DNA from: Octopus sinensis
Taxonomy: Eukaryota
NCBI RefSeq assembly: GCF_006345805.1
Contig: NC_042998.1
Span: 58,156,001-58,220,000, forward strand
Length of the DNA stretch: 64,000 nt
Direction: 5' to 3'
Positions within the stretch are counted from its first letter, which is position 1, and every line of letters starts with the position of its first letter. The notes beneath the pieces were generated by a model. The model made no database searches, was not told where the DNA came from, and saw only the letters and a list, made by a program, of their open reading frames with translations. Shown here piece after piece: positions 26,869-39,540 of the stretch. The position numbers and the translations under genes were made by a program.

Positions 26869-27044
26869 CTCATCTCTTTTCCAAACTGAGAGTCACCCTA
26901 ATACATTTACTGCGTACGTCCTTTTGACTTTGTTGCTTTTGTTTTTTACTGTCTTTATATTTGATTTTTCCCGACCGCCAAACTAATAGACTTGCTTGTT
27001 GTTCCTACACTTGTCTTCGTCTTTGTTTTCCTATACATTTGAAC

Positions 27045-27077
<33 letters not shown>

Positions 27078-27083
27078 TATGTA

Positions 27084-27119
<36 letters not shown>

Positions 27120-27362
27120 TGTATGTATGTATGCATGTATGTGAGTGTGCCGACTGGTTAGGACAATGCATTAAATGGATTTATGCTGGCGACCTGTACT
27201 TAAAAGTAAACGATAAATGTAGAAAACAAAATATGTCTAGACACACACACACACACACACACACATACATACATACATACACATACATACATACATACAT
27301 ACATACAACATACATACATACATACATACATATATACATACATACATACATATATATATTAT

Positions 27363-27415
<53 letters not shown>

Positions 27416-28164
27416 CTCCAAGCCAATAAATCTATTAGCTCATTGTAATTAACTATACCGAATATGTTTATAGACTATATCTTGTACGCATTTTATCTCG
27501 TGGATATATTTACCAGTAAAAGTATTTGGATAGATTCTTCATATTATCAGTAAATGAGATCACCATGCATCTAAATACTATCTATATTGTATAAGTCCTG
27601 GCTAGGCTTATAGCCAAAATAGTTGGAGACATTTTGCCGACAGTTGCTAATGCTTTAGACTTGCTCTGATTATTATTTAACAAAAGTTCAAGAAGTACTT
27701 TAACGTTTAAGAGATTCCTATCTATAAACCGAAGAACCTACCATATAAAAGTTAGAAGAGTCAAATTTTCTATGTTCTATGTTCAAATCTCAACAAAGTT
27801 CGTAGAATGTATTTATTATTCTAACTGCCACCGATAGTGGGGGCCCTGGTTTGAAAGTCCCATTGTTTTGAACTTGTTAACCACTATGTTTCCCCAGGAC
27901 TTCTCTGAGCCGGAGTAGTAATACCTTCCATGGCCCTAGCAACAGATTAATTAGCATGTCACAGAAATGCCTCAGGATGAGAGTGGGGGGGGGGTCACTT
28001 ATAGAAATTCCAACATCCCAACAGACGCAAAGCAGAAGATGCCTTTTAGCTCTTTAGCCTCTCGCCTTAGAGAATTTAACACTATAAAAATCCTACATCC
28101 TGTTAACTATCAGGCATGTGCCACTTGTTGCACCGAACCAATTCAAGTTAGAAGGACGAGAAAA

Positions 28165-28378
28165 TGGGACTGGCTTAGTATAAACAATTCCAACTATAAT
28201 AATAAACCTCTGTTACCGAGTGTGGTAATTTACAGAGTGCTTGAAAACCGCTATGGGAATAAACCCCTAGAGAAAATTTGGCGTGAGAGACCCTAAAACA
28301 TACATGTACCGTAATACTTAACCAATATGTGGCATCTCCTGCGATTCTATGAATGCTTGAAGCGTACTGACTTGTCTT
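28165..28378 (+). repeat. Direct repeat copy 1 (214 bp) flanking the rRNA mosaic
   Basis: Differs from 28639-28850 at only about 4 sites (3 substitutions and a 2-nt indel). Confidence 0.95.
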
Positions 28379-28468
28379 CGGAGGGAACCAGCTACTAGAC
28401 GGCTCGATTGGTCTTTCGCCCCTACACCCGGTTCCGACGATCGATTTGCACATTAGAGGCGCTTCGGA
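28376..28468 (-). rRNA. 28S rRNA pseudo-fragment B (region next to the LR5 primer site); non-functional
   Basis: cttcgagggaaccagctactagacggctcgattggtctttcgcccctacaccc...cgatttgcac is the conserved antisense LSU sequence. Confidence 0.92.
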
Positions 28469-28540
28469 ACCCTTCTCCACTTCGGTCTTCGAAGGTCTCG
28501 TTTGAATATTTGCTACTACCACCGAAATCTGCACCCGCAG
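28466..28540 (-). rRNA. 28S rRNA pseudo-fragment C (LR7 primer region); non-functional
   Basis: ggaacccttctccacttc...tctcgtttgaatatttgctactaccaccgaaatctgcacc contains the LR7 site TACTACCACCAAGATCT with 2 mismatches. Confidence 0.92.
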
Positions 28541-28639
28541 CTCGCGACGACCGGCGCGGCCGACGAGATTCGGCGTTGGGCTTCTCCCGGTTCACTCGCT
28601 GTTACTTAGGGAATCCCGGTTGGTTTCTTTTCCTCCGCT
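28541..28639 (-). rRNA. 28S rRNA pseudo-fragment A (5' end, just after the LR0R site); non-functional
   Basis: gattcggcgttgggc...ttcactcgctgttacttagggaatcccggttggtttcttttcctccgct is antisense to the conserved AGCGGAGGAAAAGAAAC...AGTAACGGCGAGTGAA; left boundary approximate. Confidence 0.92.
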
Positions 28640-28850
28640 GGGCCTGGCTTAGTATAAACAATTCCAACTATAATAATAATCCTCTGTTACCGAGTGTGGT
28701 AATTTACAGTGCTTGAAAAACGCTATGGGAATAAACCCCTAGAGAAAATTTGGCGTGAGAGACCCTAAAACATACATGTACCGTAATACTTAACCAATAT
28801 GTGGCATCTCCTGCGATTCTATGAATGCTTGAAGCGTACTGACTTGTCTT
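28639..28850 (+). repeat. Direct repeat copy 2 (212 bp)
   Basis: See copy 1. Confidence 0.95.
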
Positions 28851-29161
28851 TCCTTCGCAGCATCTTCACGATGAGAGAGGTGGTAAATATACTAAGGGCT
28901 AGGCATTGCTTCTGGAATCGGCCAAGGCACAGCAGAGATGGTTACGTTACTGTCTTTGCAACACCGTCGACCGATGAAAAACTACTAATTATTTACTGTT
29001 GAAATTAAACCTTTTGCTCCTCATGTCCTTTATATTCACTGATTTTGTGTAAAAGTAATGACTGTATTTTACAACGCATAATACTTCGTGTTTCATTAAA
29101 TATCATATTTATACATATATAAAAAAAGTTTTGCTTATAATTTTCTGTCTCTCGTTTCTAG

Positions 29162-30772
29162 GAAGCTGTAAAAGAAGAGAATGAGTGTATGCAGCCTCCA
29201 GCAATTCATCTCTCCAGTTCAGTTCAAAGTTTGTGCGATGTTATTGAACCAGCCGTCGATTCATGTTCACCCTACAAAGTCTCTCCACTTATTTCTCCAG
29301 CAAGTTCAGTGTCTTTTCTTGCAGATAACAATACAAAAACATTCCGAGAATTTTTACTCAGTGCTCTCCCTATGCTTGTCCATCCAGTTATCATATTACG
29401 CCTTTTAGCTCATAAACTATTTGGAAATATGGTGAAACGAAAAACCCTTTCATCAGATTGTAAATTAAAACCACCAAAAGTTCTCCCAATGGAAATTTGC
29501 CCACCTAGAGACAACTTAAGAGAAAATATCGGAGAGACAAATGGAGATGGTAACAAAGAATCTCTGCCCAAAAGGCGGAAAATTAACCTTCATGTACAAA
29601 TAACAAATTCACAAGAAGAGAACAACATCGCCAATAACTCACTCAAGGTATGTGAAAGGGACTTAGCACGACCAAATACATTGCAAATAAAAAACGGTAC
29701 AACCAAGTCTGCCTTGAGAGTGATTAGCGAGAGTTTGGTCACTCCTTTGGATCTGAATATAACTGCCTCTCCATGTAGTTTAGATAGCAATCATGGCACT
29801 CCAGATGGTGACGCGTCAAAAACCTCCAGAAAGCTATTTCGTTGGCCAAGTAAAAAACGTCTTTCAAAATCCAATGTTAATGTTTCAGTGACACACAGAG
29901 ATAGTGTGTGTAGTCAGTTAAGTCAAGTTAGTTCTAAGCCATCTTCGATTTCTTCCACACCAGATATAGATATAGCTGCATTCCAACGAGAGCTTATCAA
30001 CTTACCTACATTTGTAATGGATACTGCAATGTCAGACATTTCCCCAGTGTTTTCTCGATCCAGTTCTGTCCCCGAAAATCTATCATGCCGTGTAGTTAGC
30101 AGCTCATCAGTAGAAGACACTCTTTATTCAATCACTACTGATAATTTTGCTTCGGATAATGCTTTATGTAACAAAGCCATTTTACCCAGTGGCCAAGTGC
30201 TTGATTCACTTTGTAAATCTACTTCAGCTGTGACCATAACTGCAACAAATATGGGCTCCGGCATGATAACAAATACAGATGAAGACTTTGCAGACACGTC
30301 CCTTACGAATATTGTGGTTCGATTCGAGCCTCCATCGTCACCCTTGGGTTCAAGTTCAAGCCAAAGTCCGCATACATTTTGTGACTTATTTACTCCTAGA
30401 AATTCTGTTACAAATAGGGATGATAAAATAAATTTGTCAAGCCAAATGTCTACGGATAATAATTCAGCGGTGATTGAGAAATTCATTGGTCAGTCAAGTA
30501 ACAGTCCAGAATCAGATATCATTCCATCTTTCATGAATATCAACGGCAATATACAGATGTCTACACCAATGAGAAATTTATTAAATGAGATTCCTTATGA
30601 TCATCGAGGTGTTCTCAAAGTCATGAATACGTGGGTTAGCGTGTGTAAGACTGATCTTGAGAGTGGTTCCCTTGTGATCCACGAAATGCGCGATTTCCTT
30701 AATAAGCTGTCAGTGTTAGGACATGATTACAAAGCATGGTGCCATCAGATAAGCAATTTACTACAACTCGAG
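29162..30772 (+). CDS. Internal coding exon 3 (537 codons): REM-like motifs flanking a long Ser/Thr/Pro-rich insert
   Basis: ctcgtttctAG acceptor; GTAAGA donor at 30773; 1611 nt open, phase 0 to 0. TFREFLLSALPMLVHPVIILRLL and RGVLKVMNTWVSVCKTDL match RasGEF_N patterns (FLLTYR..F.TP..LL..L; RVL.VL..WV..H..DF). A PLC-epsilon-like or other CDC25-family GEF is possible, but the family is not confirmed. Confidence 0.92.
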
Positions 30773-31926
30773 GTAAGATGTTTCTTCAATTTTTAAATGT
30801 TTGTTTTAGTTTGTCTTTTTTAAAAGTCTACCATGTTTTCGAAACACTCGTTCCTTTATATGCTTTTGTTTACATTTCTAACAGTTCAGCCCACTTTACT
30901 ATATTTGATAGGAAGGAAAAAACATGTCATGTCCTTTTGGGTCATTGGACAACACTGAAGGATTTGCTTTACTACGAAGCCAGATGTGGCTCTGATCTTT
31001 CTGAAGGAGATTTGGCTGCGTAACAAAACAAATTGGGGATGGCCATAGCTGGAACATTTTGATCATTGGTTAACCTGCTCAGATCTAAAATAAGGCAATG
31101 CAAAAACAGTGATATTGCAGTGTTTTTGGGAGTTGGTGTCGATCTAGTAACGTACTTCGTTCTCCGTGTATGTGAATTCATTCGCATGAACATATTTTAA
31201 TGATAGTTAAGATGATTAGAAAATATTAGCATCATACTTTTATCTAATTGCATTAATAACTTTATTAAAATGAAAGCAATTTAACTGAGAAGTGAAACCT
31301 TCGATGTATAGCTCTGGCTTGGTAAAATGCTTACAGTTGTTTATTTGTCATGTACTTAGTCTACGTGAATCTATTTAACACTGCAATATCAATAAGTTCA
31401 ACCTATTATCAGATGTTTAATCAGAAACTACAAACAGGAACAAACTTAAGTGAAACTGAATAATATGGCATGAATCTTTTGCATTTAATGTCAGCGGCGT
31501 AAATCTCATCAGGTGATCAGGAAAAATTGATAACATGGTGCAGCACACGTTCTTAGAGACATTGTTAGCTCCAGACAACGGGAAAATGCTCACTCACACG
31601 AAGATTATGTTCAATGAACAATTTAATCTTTCATATTTTAGACATTTCCAAATGAGACTGGAATAGAATAAAATTGTGAGACATTTCTACTTTAAAATTC
31701 TCTGTTTCCGACTCATGAGTCTAGACGGTGCCTGAAGCGTTGTTTTGCTTACATCAACTAGTCTCGGCAGAGAGGAAAGTGTAAAGGAATTTTATCAGCG
31801 TTAAATGGAAATACTGATGAATCATACAGTCGTATAAATTTTTTTTTTAAATAACGTTTACATGAACTTTAGCAACGTGGATGAAAACCAAACCGTTGTT
31901 GGGAACGTGATAGGACAACGACCAGG

Positions 31927-31966
<40 letters not shown>

Positions 31967-32017
31967 GTGTGTGTGTGAGTGTGTGTGTGTGTGTGTGTGT
32001 AAATATATATGTGTGTA

Positions 32018-32074
<57 letters not shown>

Positions 32075-32193
32075 TTTTTTAGAAAAGCATAAATTCGAAG
32101 AAGCAGTCTGAGAAGTAGAGCAGTCTATATTTATTACTGAAGGCCGTTTATAGGGTTAGCCTGGGTTTCTCGCCATAAAGGCTACTTTGTACG

Positions 32194-32224
<31 letters not shown>

Positions 32225-32235
32225 ATATAGATATG

Positions 32236-32307
<72 letters not shown>

Positions 32308-32919
32308 GAGAGAGAGTAAAGATTATTTCCCATCATAACGTGGCAATCCTAGTTAGGACGAATGTTACTGCTATTTAGCCTCAAGAAACATCATCTCCAG
32401 CTGGTTATACGACACACTGAATCCTTATATTTTCGAACAAAGGAGTTTAGCATCCTCACTCAGCACAAAACAATATCTGTGTATCGCAATTTCTGGATTA
32501 CTTCTCTTCATCAACACAGAATAACTAGAGGTGGTGCTTCTAAATTCTTGTTTATAGATATTGTTTTGTGCTAAATGGGGATGCTAAACTCTCTTGTTCG
32601 AAAATATAAGGACAGAGATTGTGTGTCGTATAGCCAGCTGGAGACGATGTTTCCTGGGGCTAAATAACAGTAGCATTCATCCTAACCAAGACTGCCACGG
32701 AATGTTGGAAAATAATCTTTACTCTAGAGTTCTGTTACTGATGCCTCTCGTTGAGAGATTTACAAATAGTAACTATATATATATATATATATATACGGCA
32801 TATCTAAGCAGATTCCATGCAACATATGCCGGTCACAGTAATGTATATTACAGGAGAGTAACTGCTCCCTTTTTCGACGACAGTATGTTCAACTCACTCG
32901 ACTCATTGGCACAGGGTTC

Positions 32920-32964
32920 TAGCACACCGGTGTTTCAACATGCTGTGTCTCGTCAGTCCACGCC
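32920..32964 (-). ncRNA. Degenerate hammerhead motif
   Basis: CUGACGA, stem II GACA/UGUU, GAAA, 10-nt palindrome ACACCGGTGT; position 17 is G and stem I is not evident. Confidence 0.45.
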
Positions 32965-33359
32965 ACTCGGAGCTCTGAGCCTAAACGCAGCCTCTTTTGT
33001 TATACTTTCAGCGAACAAATTGTTTGCTATTGGTGTTTATATAAGCTAACCTATAAACAAAAATATTTATATGCAACGATTCAGCGAGATCTGAATTCGT
33101 TCACTGAAAGTTTAAACAGTATCAGATGCTGCATTTAGGTTCAGGGTCCGACACTTCTGGTTGAGGAGATGCAAGGTGCTGAAACACCAATGCCCCAGAA
33201 AGTGTGTCTATAACTTTACACACTTCGATCACAATCTATTTTAGACGACTTATAAATACACTTTGGAGTAGTATATAAATATTCGGCTCATGACTTCTCT
33301 GATTACTGAAAGCTCCTCTACGCTCTGAAAAACTATTACAACTAATAATAATAATAATA

Positions 33360-33545
33360 ATAATGGAACAAGGCCAACAACTTCGTGGGAGGGGATAAGT
33401 CGATTAAATCGGCCCCAGTGTTCAACGGGTAGTTATTTAATTGACATTGAAGGAATGAAAGACAAAGTCGGCCTTGGCGGATTTTGAACTCAGAACGTAA
33501 GTATTTTGTCCAGCGTGCTAACAATTCTGCCAGCTCGCCGTCCTA
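33360..33545 (-). mobile_element. SINE family C, reverse orientation
   Basis: Reverse complement of the 20133 consensus. Confidence 0.75.
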
Positions 33546-34014
33546 AAATAATAATAATAATTAATGATAATAATAAATCATAATATAGGTTTAAAAATTA
33601 GAAAGTGAGAAGGAGGGAAAGCAGAAAGAGAAAATACGAACGAATTGAAACTAAAACCATCGATAGACCAACAAATCTAATATAGAGTCAGATCGCAGAA
33701 CGAAATGATAGCTGACTATGAAGCAGATTGTAAATAAGACAGATGAAATATAAAAAAGAACGGAAGAAAAGTCCCGAGGCACATAAAATCTGGTTAGAAA
33801 CTAGCATTTAACAGATCCAGTGAAATGGTGTCAGTGACACTTTCTAGCAATCAATATAATCAAGAAATAAGAAAAGAGAACGCTTCAGTTTTTGAGTCTT
33901 CATAAATAGCTAAAATTACTTGTAGACAATGTAATTATACATACATACACACATAAACACATATGCATATGTATTTATAGGCATAAATATACATGTATGC
34001 ATCTATACGCATGA

Positions 34015-34059
<45 letters not shown>

Positions 34060-34587
34060 CATGTAATTGTACACATTTGATGGGACAGACAAATAGATGG
34101 AATCATATGAGAGAGGCAGACAGACTGATAGACGGAGAAAGAGAGAGAGAGATGGGTAATACACAGTCAGACATGTAGGAAATCTATAATCACGATCCTA
34201 TTAATGGGTTCAATTTACATTCGCGATAACAGGTGCTTACCAATAAAAAGCGTGGAACGTGAGCCATAGACTCACTACACACATTACATAACACGTAGAA
34301 AATCATACACACATTTATTCAGAAATAGATTTATTCATACGAAATATATGTCTGCATACACATTATTGCATGAATTATTCACGCACGTACACACACACAC
34401 CACAATATAAATTATTTGTATGTCTGTATACATAAGCCAAAACGTAAATTACACACACTTATCCCTAGCCAAGGAAGACTTTCGCTGCACTGTAAGAAAC
34501 AGTGACGTTTCAATGTCTCATAATATCATTATGCTGTTTCAATCAGTAATAACTTGGTGTCGCCTTTATACCATACAACCATACTGT

Positions 34588-34900
34588 GGAGGCACGTGGC
34601 CTAGTGGTTAGAGCAGCGGACTCGCAGTCGAGGGATCACGGGTTCGAATCTCAGACCGGACGATGTGTGTGTTTATGAGCGAAACACCTAAGCTCCACGC
34701 GGCTCCGGCAGAAGGTAATGGCGAACTTCCTATTGACTCTTTCGCCACAACTTTCTCTCACTCTTTCCTCCTGCATCTTGCAGCTCACCTGCGATGGACC
34801 GGCTTCCCGTCCAGGTGGGGAACCTATACGCCAAGAAACCGGGAAACCGGCCCTTATGTGCCAGCCATGGCTCGAGAAGGAACCAGCAAACAGCAACAAC
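34588..34900 (+). mobile_element. tRNA-derived SINE (family B head, different tail)
   Basis: gtggcctagtggttagagcagcggactcgc...ggttcgaatc box A/B. Confidence 0.8.
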
Positions 34901-35194
34901 AATACAAGCATACTGTCTTCTCTGCGATATGTATATGCGTCCGTTCTTTGAGAAGCTTTATTCTGAGTACTTTTCCGACCCAAATTTACACCCATTGAAC
35001 AAGGACGGATGTTCAGCTTAGTCACCGACGCACATATGAAAGTTGATACTGTATTAAAGGTTACTTGTTCACCATTAGCAAGCAGAACTTTACCATATGT
35101 AGTATATATACATATAATATGCGCTAACTTTGATAAAATATTTGGATGTAAGTGTATATATGTATACACACACACACATACAACACAAATATAT

Positions 35195-35983
35195 TGGACC
35201 TAAGAAGCATCACATGTGGTGTGCAAGAGAGACGACTGCGCTGGTATGGCCATGTGGCGAGAATGGATGTGGATAGCTGTGTGGAAAAGTGCCACACCCT
35301 AGCGGTTGAGAGAACCTGTGGAAGAGGTAGACTCAAGAAGACCTGAGATGAGGTGGTGATGCATGACCTTCGAACATTGAGCCTCACCGAGGCAATGGCT
35401 AGTGACCGGGGCCTTTGGAAATATGCTGTGCTTGAGAAGACTCGGCAAGCCAAGTGAGACTATAACCTCGTGGCCTATGCCAGGGGTGTAACCAAGCCCA
35501 CTTATGCGTACCTTTCCTTCATTGGACACTAAACTCTGCTTGCGAGGTTCTGTTGAGGCAAGTGAAATCGAAATCGAAATCAAATTCGATGACTGGCATC
35601 CGTGCTAGTGGAAGCTAAGAGTACCATTCGAGCGTGATCGTTGCCAGAGCAACAAACTGGCTTCCATGCTGGTGGCATGTAAAAAGTACCATTCGAACGT
35701 GATCGTTGCATGCGTCGCCTTACTAGTACTTCGAGCAAGGTTGTTGCTAGTGTAGATGGCTCATAAAAAGCACTATTTGAGTGTGACCGTTGCCAGTACC
35801 ACCTGATTGGCCCTCGTGTCGGTGGCACGTAAAAGCACCCAATACACTCTCGGAGTGGTTGGCGTTAGGAAAAGCATTCAGCTGTAGAAACTCTGCCAGA
35901 TCAGATTGGAGGCTGGTTCGCCAGACCTCACTTAAATCGTTCAACCCATGCTAGCATAGAAAGCAGACGTTAAACGATGATGA

Positions 35984-35988
<5 letters not shown>
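35195..35988 (+). mobile_element. RTE-clade LINE 3' end (ORF2 C-terminus, 3' UTR and (GAT)n tail)
   Basis: ERRLRWYGHVARMD...GRGRLKKT*DEVV..DL...DRGLWKYAV; ends gttaaacgatgatgatgat. Confidence 0.85.
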
Positions 35989-36043
<55 letters not shown>

Positions 36044-38130
36044 GAATGTATTTAGCCATTAAGATAGTGCTTTTGTGTTTATTGAGTTGTTTTGACTCTT
36101 GTTTCTAGCAATACTGGTGCTGATTAGTGCCTTTGTTCATTTTAGTGCCGTATATATTTCTGCCTTCAGGTTGTAATATTCTGAATTAGCCACCCATATC
36201 ATGTGTGTGTGTGTGTGTGTGTGCTGCGGGTAGTTTATTCCATCCCCCTCCGTCTTTTAGTTCATGTAATTGAAAAGACCGCAATATTTAGGGGATGACC
36301 CAATACGTACCTACCTACCTACATACATACATACATACATACGCTCGCACACACACACACATCTATATACATACACACATACATATATATAAATATATAT
36401 GTGTGTATATGGAATTTATGAGGAAAAAAAAGGACCCTACACTTAGGTTAATGAACTTGGAGTGGTCAGCAAGTAGATTCTAAAATTATATCAATTATAA
36501 TGTGAATCCCACCATTATTTGTCATTGGAATTATAGTAATGGTTTTGTTAATTATTTAAATAGTATTAGGAACAAAAGTAGATATAGATTTACATAATTA
36601 ACATTAGTTTGCTGTATTCGTCTATTTTTAAATCACTGCTAACAAGTGCATTGGAATTCAGTAAAAAAATAGTCATCGCACTGTAAATAGCAATATTTGT
36701 GATCGTTATGTATTCAAGATAATCGTTACTTTTTCGATAAAGCTTCGTCTTGCGGAAGGATATTGACATCAGAATGTGCGTTACTATGGTGCTGAAGAGA
36801 AATACTGTGCTGAATGCCTGCTCGTCTTTACATAACAAATACATTTAATTACGAGTTGGAAACACTAAATACAAATCAATAGAAGAGATGTTGGACTAAC
36901 ACTATTGTAACGACCCTCATCGAGGCGATATTTCAAAGATTTAAGACTTGGAATACCCATTGATATTTGCACGATTAAATTCTTAGGTGTATATTAATAA
37001 GAAATATATAACCTGCCTCATATCGTATATTTAAGAAAAGCTTGTAATAATATACGCAAAAGAAGTTACGGTTTATGCAACCTCTAATGAAATTTCTTTT
37101 TATACCTTTGCGTTGGAAAAATTGGATTCACAGATATAATTAGCTTTATATCTGGAAAAAGTATAATAATAAAAGAAGGAACCGAATATGAATATGATTT
37201 CGTTTAACTATTCTTTCCCGTTAAATGTAAACACTAGTATAGCTAAAACTATACTTAATACTTATGTTTAGTTATCATAAGTTATTCAGTAGAAAACTAT
37301 TAAGGTAAATTATTGATGTAAAAACTAAAATTCCTAATATTGTAAGTAGTAAATTTCATAAAAGAAGGACAGAAGCGCTCTGTATAACTGTAGACATAAA
37401 GCTATTCTGTATTGGTGCCAACTTAATACTAAATTCTACTAAGCTAGTCTTTCCTTACAATTGTTTATACAACAAGCTCTACATCAAAATAACAAAACGC
37501 TATTTTCTCGAAATAGCAGAAGGTTTCTTCAACAATCGTTAGTTGAATGACAGTCATTCTCGAATGGCGATAAAAGAAATTCTAAGTATTATCTAGTTAT
37601 ATATAGCAGGTGAAATACAGTCATATCAATAATTTTCACATTAAAATGACAACTGTAGATTACAGCAGGCCTTACACGAATGGTTACTGAAAAATATCAT
37701 GAATTATGGAATAAATTCAACTGTTTAAACAAATTGTCTGAAATATTCTGCAAGTGTCTGCACTAATATTTTTGTTATGTAGATTTAACCAATGTTAACA
37801 GAGTAATTGCACCAGATTGACTTCCTGATTGTAAAATCTAACATCAGACCGAATGTGTGTATCATGCATGATGTTTACAAGCTGCATTTATTTGATTCCC
37901 CATGTATAATTTCAGAACGCTCATTTTTTTCGCTAACGTATGGTTCGATGGCTATTGCCCTGTAACTGAACTCATCGCCAGTATTACTAGGTGTTTCGGA
38001 TCCTACAATCTATGCCCTCATCTAGGCGACCCGACTTAGGCTGACGGAGCGCGGAATTATGTCCAAGCGTCACTCTACACACCCAAATGATCATCTCTTT
38101 TTAAATCAAAAGCTTATACACACACACACA

Positions 38131-38199
<69 letters not shown>

Positions 38200-38201
<2 letters not shown>

Positions 38202-38769
38202 GTGAAATAGAAAGATGAATAATCTTGTAGTAGATTAATCTAAAGTTTAACCGATACCTTAGTAGCAAAAATCACAGCAGTAAACAGCACGGTTGGAGGT
38301 ACAACCATCTGGCGTTGCAACCGTGCGTTGGTGCGGATAATTGAAATTAAAACATTATTGGTGAATTGAAGAATTGGAGCTGAACGCAGATTGAACAGAA
38401 ATCGTTTTATTTCATTCTACACGTGTATCGAAAGGCACAAATGACCAAAATCCGATTGAATCACCCACATGATTGACCGATGCCTGACCCGTTGAATTCT
38501 TCAGCCACCGGTTCTCAACATACACTGATAAACAGTTTCGCCATGGGCTCTTAGGAGCATAGTTCGATTTGTTTTTGCTCCGCCTCTGTTCTGTTTTTGT
38601 TTTTCCAACGGATTTCCTTTTTTCTTCCTGAAGAGAAAGACACAATATGGTCCCATTATTCAATCGGATTTTGGTAATTTGTGCCTTTCGAAACACGTGT
38701 AGAATGAAATAAAACGATTTCTGTTCAATCTGCGTTCAGCTCCATTTCTTCAATTCACCAATAATGTTT

Positions 38770-38771
<2 letters not shown>
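38200..38771. mobile_element. (TA)n-inserted element with a 114-bp internal inverted repeat (38348-38461 / 38658-38771)
   Basis: 3 mismatches in 114 bp, 196-bp spacer; the 5' ~85 bp recur at 54016-54096. Confidence 0.7.
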
Positions 38772-38803
<32 letters not shown>

Positions 38804-39059
38804 ATATATCTTGTTGGTATAGCAGTTGAGCATTAACAAATCGGTAAGGAAGTTAATGTAATGGAAATGTAATAAATCTTAACTATTGTTAATGTTAACT
38901 ATTGTAATATGACTATATTTATTGATCAATCAGTGTGTGGGTGTAAAAGATTGTAAATTGTGAAACTCGAGTTGCGGTTGAAATAAATTTAATGAACAAA
39001 CTCTACATTTAGTATTATTTTCCTATTTGTAAAATATATTGCACAGACATACATATATG

Positions 39060-39233
39060 TAGGCGTAGAAGTGGCTGTGTGGTAACTAGCTTGCTTACCA
39101 ACCACATGGTTCCGGTTTCAATCCCACTGCGTGGCACCTTGGGCAGGTGTCTTCTGCTATAGCCTCGGGCCGACCAAAGCTTTATGAGTGGATTTGGTAG
39201 ACGGAGACTGAAAAAAGCCTGTCGTATATATGT

Positions 39234-39279
<46 letters not shown>

Positions 39280-39540
39280 TTATATATATATATATGTATG
39301 TATGTGTGTGTGTTTATGTATGTTTGTGTGTCTGTGTTTGTCCCCCCAACATCGCTTGACAACCTATGCTGGTGTGTTTACGTCCCTGTAACTTAGCGGT
39401 TCGGCAACAAAGACCGATAGAATAAGCTACTAGGCTTACAAAGAATAAGTCCTGGGGTCGATTTGCTCGACTAAAGGCGGTGCTCCAGCATGGCCGCAGT
39501 CAAATGACTGAAACAAGTAAAAGAGTAAAAGAATGAAGAG
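39060..39540 (+). mobile_element. tRNA-derived SINE (family A), full length
   Basis: Matches the 20641 copy. Confidence 0.88.

Noticed and set aside
28376-28639. Functional rDNA unit or R2-type insertion site
   Set aside because: Only short non-colinear pieces are present, with no 18S, 5.8S or ITS context.
27967-28716. 109-119-aa ORFs over the rRNA mosaic
   Set aside because: Spurious frames across the GC-rich rRNA fragments and the host duplication.
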